Shown in pieces: positions 9,090 through 14,103 of a stretch of DNA of 14,103 nt. The stretch lies in contig NW_021825874.1 in assembly GCF_006345805.1 (NCBI RefSeq), positions 1 through 14,103 on the forward strand. The letters run 5' to 3'. Both the position numbers and the translations under genes were made by a program. The notes under the pieces are model-generated. The model had not been told where the DNA came from. It was given only the letters and a program-made list of their open reading frames with translations, and ran no database searches. Source of the stretch: Octopus sinensis. Taxonomy: Eukaryota. Positions within the stretch are counted from its first letter, which is position 1. Each line of letters starts with the position of its first letter.

Positions 9090-9138
9090 ACACACACACA
9101 CACCACACACACAAACACACACGAACACTCACACACAT
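9016..9138. repeat. (CA)n microsatellite
   Basis: Direct inspection. Confidence 0.97.
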
Positions 9139-9483
9139 ATAAATATTGTAAGGATGAAGTCGACAGCTTGGTTAATTATAATTTCAGCAATGGCTTTTTT
9201 TCAGTTATTTAAATATTTAATGAAGTAGGCATATTTTCTTCATAATTCTCCCTTCGGATATTACATAGTCACAAGAAATATTTAAATACTTATTACCGCA
9301 GAATTAAGAGAAAGAGGTACTTAATTTGGTCTGAAGGAATTTCATCTGCTTATATTTGAAGGAAATTTTCTTACTGTGAACTAGACAACTTATTTTTATC
9401 GTAGTTCGTTTCTAGCCACACGCATTTAACTTTTGAGTTCTTGTTACATCTATCGTATTTATATAACCTATAGCTCAATCCTC

Positions 9484-9670
9484 AGACACAGACACAGACA
9501 CACACACTCACACACACACACACACACTTACACACACATACACACACGTACATACATACATACAAGCATACATATACATACATATATACATACATACATG
9601 CATACATACATACATACATACATACATACATACATACATACATACATACATACATACATACATACATACA
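9484..9670. repeat. (CA)n-(TACA)n compound microsatellite
   Basis: Direct inspection. Confidence 0.95.
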
Positions 9671-9780
9671 AGAATACCATGTTGATGTTGTTGAAATTCT
9701 AGTAAAGGAGTCTTGGATCTAGGTTAGAAACCAGCTGTTTCTTTATTGGCAAGAAATCTTGAAATAAAACTGAATAATGA
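9671..9780 (+). mobile_element. 110-bp insert within a (TACA)n array, probable retroelement 3' end
   Basis: Complex sequence with same-orientation CATA repeats on both sides and AATAAA at 9763-9768, 12 nt before the repeat resumes. Confidence 0.5.
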
Positions 9781-9840
9781 CATACATACATACATACATA
9801 CATACGTACATACATACATACATACATACATACATACATA
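9781..9840. repeat. (CATA)n array
   Basis: Direct inspection. Confidence 0.95.
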
Positions 9841-10260
9841 AATATTACTTGAAAATCATTGATAAAATATTCATTAATTAATGAGATATGAGAGAGTGAA
9901 AAGTCATGTGACCATTCAAGCAAACAAACAGGTAAAAAAAAGAAAATGTCCCTGGGGGTTGCATATACTTGAATCGCTGAACGGCGAAAGAGTAGAATAC
10001 AAAAACAATTTATTTCCTCGTTTAATTAAAGATGTATCATTAGTTAAAGGTGGATTGCCATAAGTTATTAAGAAGAATTTAGCAAATGCAAATCCAGATC
10101 CAGAATGCTCAATTATATATTCAGATCTAATTGGGTATCTGCAGTATTCGATCTCGAAAATGCAAATCGATGTAATGAAATACTTCAAGACATTTCGCCA
10201 AGTAATCTATTCTATATGATACTTCACTGTCCTCATATTTGACATTAATAATAAATAATA

Positions 10261-10380
10261 ATCCTTTCTATTAGCGGCACAAGGTCTGAAATTTGAGGGA
10301 TGAGGATAGATAGTTGATTACATCGCCCCCAGTTTTTCACTGCTACTTAATTTATCGACCCCGAAAGGATGAGAAGCAAA
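10261..10380 (-). mobile_element. 3' half of SINE family A with a short (ATT) tail
   Basis: AGTTGATTACATCGCCCCCAGTTTTTCACTGCTACTTAATTTATCGACCCCGAAAGGATG aligns with 6278-6338. It extends to CCTTGTGCCGCTAATAGAAAGGATTATT on the minus strand. Confidence 0.82.
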
Positions 10381-10618
10381 AAAATAAAAAAAAAAAAGAA
10401 AGAAGAAAAAAGGAGAAAATAAGAAATTGGAGAAATAATTATATACAGAATATTTAACGGCTTAAAACTAATCAAACTGTTTTCCTAAATCGCAATAAAT
10501 AGTATTTGTACTGATGTAGATTTGCATGAAAGCAAAGATGTTGAAGTAGAATCATACAGAGACAAGGATACATACCTACATACATACTCTTTATATATAT
10601 ATATATATATATATATAT

Positions 10619-10737
10619 GTCTGGGGCGGGTCATTCTCATTTAGTGCCTGATTACAGTCACCGGTTTGATTTCCACTCATTTAGTTATTAATTTGTTCTA
10701 AAATATTCGTTGCGCTTTGCAACCTTTTCAATAGTCG
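10619..10737 (-). mobile_element. Probable dispersed repeat terminus abutting (TA)n, possibly a Penelope-like pseudo-LTR end
   Basis: The complex segment ends CCCCAGAC-(AT)n on the minus strand and contains a GTTGC/GCAAC stem followed by GAA. I recall similar octopus repeats, but there is no second copy in the window. Confidence 0.4.
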
Positions 10738-10769
10738 TTGACTGTCTGTTACCCAGACCTGTGTTCATT

Positions 10770-11273
10770 TTGTTTGTCTGTGTGCATGTATGTGTGTTAG
10801 CGTGCATGTGCATACACATATGCATGCTTGTATATATGTATGTGTATGCATGTATGTGTGTGTGTATGCGTATATCTATGTATGCGTGTGTGTACGTTTG
10901 TATGTATGAATGAATGTATGTATGTATGTATTCTGCATATTCATGTGTTTGTGCGTTCATGTTTATGTGTTTGTATGTGGATGTGTGTGTTGTGTGTGCC
11001 AGTGTATTTGTGTGTGTAGATCTGTCTCCTTGTGTGTGCATGTTTGAGTGTCTGTGTATGGGTTTGTGCGACTATGTACGTACGTGTGTCCATATGTGTC
11101 CTTGTGTGTGTGTGTTTGAAGTGTATATGGAATGTATTTCGGTCTTCATTCGTGTATGTGTGTATGTATGTGTGCTTGTCTGTTCGCATTACCAATGTAC
11201 CTATCTATCTATTTCTTTATCTGTTTACTTACATATCCATTTACCTACACGCACAAACGCACGAACGCACGCC

Positions 11274-11310
<37 letters not shown>
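10770..11310. repeat. Long degenerate (TG)/(TATG)n tract ending in (CA)n
   Basis: Direct inspection; source of several spurious ORFs. Confidence 0.9.
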
Positions 11311-11312
<2 letters not shown>

Positions 11313-11381
11313 TACATAACAGCCTACTAACAACTCTACCTGTATATACATAAACTGTCGGTATAGAGTTATGACTACCTT

Positions 11382-12180
11382 CTACGTATATTTCCTATTT
11401 AGTACTGGGAATGTTTCATTTATGAGGCTGTACTCCTGTATTTGCCTGAGTGTTGGGTCCTTCGGGCGCTTGATAAAATGCGGATGTCAAGTTGACTCAG
11501 TGTGCCTCCATGTTGGCATGTTGATAGAGTATGGAGGACTGTTTTTTTGTCGTCATATTGTCTCAAATGTTTATTTCGTCTCTCTGCAATGCTTCTAGTT
11601 GTCTCTCCTATGTATATCATGTTCTTGTCTTTACAATCACCCTCTATGCACCTTATACTGTAGACTACATTTCTAGTTGTACAGTTGACGACATAGTTAA
11701 TCTTACATATCATGCATTTGTCATTGGTGCATGTGGTATTCTCAAAGGGGTACGTTTTACATAGTTGTGATCAGATGGATCTCCCTGGCTTTTCAACGAT
11801 ATTAATGTTGTGTTTGGCCTCCTTCAGAGCTTTTCTAAATTTTCGGGCTAGTTCTCCATGGGTTGTGGGGTCTACAAACACCACCTCTTGAACCACGTGG
11901 TCACCCTGTTTACTTTGTCACAAATTTTTTGTATCCTATTCCAGTCTTTACTTCTATATCTAGGTCAGATACCATTTGTTTCATTACCTATCATGTTATC
12001 TAACATCTTTTTAGATCCCTTGTATACCCGAACCCTATCTTTGTTCATTATTCTAATTAAGTCTGCTATCAGTATGTTACTTTCCATGTTGTGTGACAAA
12101 GCTGAGTTCTTGTGAACAACATATTTAGAAACTATGGGTTTCGTGTAACAGGAGTGAAGGAGCTGCACTCTGTTGTTCAC
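11382..12180 (-). mobile_element. Penelope-like element remnant: RT thumb, Cys-rich linker and C-terminal GIY-YIG endonuclease
   Basis: RT thumb: YTKPIVSKYVVHKNSALSHNMESNILIADLIRIMN. Linker: GI*PRYRSKDW..WFKR / VFVDPTTHGELARKF..IVEKPGRSI*SQLCKTYPFENTTCTNDKCMIC. Endonuclease: CTTRNVVYSIRC..C..IYIGETTRSIAERRNKH..QH..DPTLRQIQE..PVLNRK. There are two TGA stops and several frameshifts. Confidence 0.9.
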
Positions 12181-12183
12181 AGA

Positions 12184-12232
<49 letters not shown>

Positions 12233-12258
12233 ATATAATATATATATATACTATATAA
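12184..12258. repeat. (TC)n-(TA)n microsatellite
   Basis: Direct inspection. Confidence 0.93.
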
Positions 12259-12260
12259 TA

Positions 12261-12602
12261 GGTGCAGGCGTGGCTATGTGATAATAAGCTTGCTTCCCAC
12301 CACATGGTTCCGAGTTCAGTGAGACTGAACTATAGCCCCGGCTGACAAAGCCTTGTGAGTGATTTGGTATACGGAAACTGAAAGAAGCCCATTGCATGTA
12401 TGTATGTATATATATATATATATTATATATATAGATATATATATATATACATAAATACACCGATACTGGTGTGTTTATGTCCCGGTAACATACCAGTTCG
12501 GCAAAAGATACGATACTAGTTTAGAAAGGATACTTTAGGGTCGATTTCTCCGACATAAACCCCGCAAGCAGTGCTCCAGTGAAATGAACGAAACAGTACA
12601 GA
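12261..12602 (+). mobile_element. Degenerate SINE family B copy with internal deletions
   Basis: It is collinear with 8385-8780: GGTGCAGGCGTGGCTATGTG, CACATGGTTCCGAGTTCAGT, CCTTGTGAGTGATTTGGTATACGGAAACTGAAAGAAGCCC, GGTGTGTTTATGTCCC, GGGTCGATTT and GTGCTCCAG. The CTTGGGCAAG segment is missing. Confidence 0.88.
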
Positions 12603-12603
12603 A

Positions 12604-12623
12604 TATATATGTATATATGTATG

Positions 12624-12654
<31 letters not shown>

Positions 12655-12698
12655 CTATACATATATATTATATATATATATATATTATATATATATAC
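12604..12698. repeat. (TA)n-rich tract
   Basis: Direct inspection. Confidence 0.9.
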
Positions 12699-12709
12699 AT
12701 TATTGGTAA

Positions 12710-12804
12710 TGAAGAAATGGAGCTGAACGCAGATTGAACAGAGTTTTAGATAAATAAATGAAATAAAACGATTTCTGTTCAATGCGTTCAGCTCCATTTC
12801 TTCA
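12710..12804. repeat. Inverted repeat (foldback), 31-bp arms
   Basis: TGAAGAAATGGAGCTGAACGCA(GA)TTGAACAGA at 12710-12742 is the reverse complement of 12774-12804 apart from a 2-nt bulge. Confidence 0.95.
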
Positions 12805-12965
12805 ATTCATAATGTTTTAATTTCATTATCCGCACCAACGCACGGTTCAACGCCAGATGGTTGTACCTCCAACCGTGCTGTTCAGCTGTGATTTTTGCTA
12901 CTAAGGTATCGGTAGACTTTTGATTATACTACACAAGATTTTCATCTTTCTATTTCACATAATAT

Positions 12966-12998
<33 letters not shown>

Positions 12999-13261
12999 GC
13001 GTGTGTGTGTGTGTATACGTATGGATGGTGTGTGTATTGACAAGTGGAAACACACACCACAGCTACTTTTGCGTTTATCTGTCTGTCTGTCTCTATATCC
13101 GAGCATGCATCTATATGTATATTTATACATTTTTTGAATATCCACTATTCATATATTTATTTATATATGCGCAGACATTAATATTCACTCATAAATATTT
13201 ACACGAGCGCACTTGCACTCACACAGACATAGACAATTATATATATGCATATGAATATGAC

Positions 13262-13264
13262 TAT

Positions 13265-13316
<52 letters not shown>
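13262..13316. repeat. (TA)n microsatellite
   Basis: Direct inspection. Confidence 0.95.
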
Positions 13317-13319
<3 letters not shown>

Positions 13320-13527
13320 CAATCAAAAAATTTATTTAAAAAATTTCTACAGCATAGACACTGACCTATATGTTTCAATTGCTCTGTATGCAATTAGGCA
13401 TCCTAGTCACTGTAATTTCATCAAGGGTACATCACTCGCGACATTTTACGTAAACGATCAGCTGGCAGCCGCGTTACGTGAAACCTAAGTAACAGCTTGT
13501 GAAGCCTTTTCAGATTCAGTAGAATAA

Positions 13528-13572
13528 TGTGTGTGTGTGTGTGTGTCTGTGTGTGTATGTGTGTGTGTGTGT
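13528..13572. repeat. (TG)n microsatellite
   Basis: Direct inspection. Confidence 0.93.
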
Positions 13573-13753
13573 GCATATACATATTTTCTCACTCGGTAAT
13601 AATATTTGATATATTACGATATGTTATATAATATATTCATTGAAGAAATATCTCTTCAAAATAAAATATACTAAACCAGTGTATCTTGGATAAGAATGTC
13701 CTTATAAGAAGTTTAGATGTCCTCATTGTGACTATAAATAAATACATAAATAT

Positions 13754-13755
<2 letters not shown>

Positions 13756-13810
<55 letters not shown>
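13756..13810. repeat. (TA)n microsatellite
   Basis: Direct inspection. Confidence 0.95.
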
Positions 13811-13813
<3 letters not shown>

Positions 13814-13929
13814 TGTATATATGCATATATGTGGTGTGTATACAGATATATAATATGTAATGCAATACAATGTAATTACATCCAGTAAAATAAAGTCCCA
13901 TAAGGGTAGAATTATACATATAAAAATAG

Positions 13930-14059
13930 ATAAGTGGTACAAGGCACCAATATTTACTGGAAAATAGCAATCGATACAAATACGCAGTGAAGCTATACAA
14001 TAGCGTCGTATTTGTATCGATTGCTATTTTCCAGTAAATATTGGTGCCTTGTTGTACCA

Positions 14060-14064
<5 letters not shown>
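13930..14064. mobile_element. Almost fully palindromic MITE-like foldback with TA at both ends
   Basis: 13930-13984 (55 bp) is the reverse complement of 14007-14064 except for one 3-nt indel, around a 22-nt spacer. TA occurs at 13931-13932 and 14062-14063. The inverted repeat is certain, but the MITE interpretation is not. Confidence 0.7.

Positions 14065-14103
<39 letters not shown>
14062..14103. repeat. (TA)n microsatellite running off the window end
   Basis: Direct inspection. Confidence 0.93.

Noticed and set aside
9145-9345. Minus-strand ADEIPSDQIKY and C*NY motifs suggesting another RT fragment
   Set aside because: Too degenerate; it needs several assumed frameshifts.
10619-10758. GTCTGGG/CCCAGAC inverted pair as MITE TIRs
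   Set aside because: Only 7 bp with no TSD.
11771-11967. Two in-frame TGA codons in the Penelope-like ORF as possible selenocysteines (as in some Naiad elements)
   Set aside because: They fall at GI*PRYR and RSI*SQL, where Arg or Lys is expected, which fits CGA-to-TGA decay. The Cys positions use normal codons, the copy is frameshifted, and the domain order is not Naiad-type.
5641-12602. tRNA genes at the A/B-box motifs
   Set aside because: No cloverleaf is evident, and each is followed by a SINE body shared among copies.
1498-14060. Most ORFs in the supplied track (poly-YI, HT, CV, LSIY, MYVC and poly-N peptides)
   Set aside because: They are translations of di-, tri- and tetranucleotide repeats or antisense shadows of TE remnants, with no protein-family signal.
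1-14103. CRISPR array or prokaryotic operon
   Set aside because: There are no regularly spaced repeats with unique spacers and no gene-dense organisation; the sequence is eukaryotic repeat DNA.

Overview
This is AT-rich, microsatellite-dense eukaryotic DNA with no intact gene, no RNA gene and no CRISPR array that I can support. The SINE families resemble octopus (cephalopod) repeats, but that assignment is from memory and is an inference. The window is a graveyard of nested transposable elements. It holds a Tx1/L1-type RT fragment (1-128), a 403-bp non-autonomous Helitron (925-1327, -), a decayed RTE/BovB-like LINE (~3175-4800, -), and a pogo/Tigger transposase (~4900-7494, -). The transposase is split by a SINE/(AAT)n/RLE-LINE/SINE/(AAT)n stack. 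There is also a Penelope-like RT-thumb plus GIY-YIG remnant (11382-12180, -) and seven copies or fragments of two tRNA-derived SINE families. Nearly all ORFs in the supplied track are microsatellite read-throughs or antisense shadows. I cannot show a new biological system. The best leads are: several unrelated retroelement 3' ends each sitting in its own microsatellite type; a multi-hairpin ~450-bp insert in (TATC)n; two near-perfect foldbacks (12710-12804 and 13930-14064); and an unidentified coding-like island (9881-10219).
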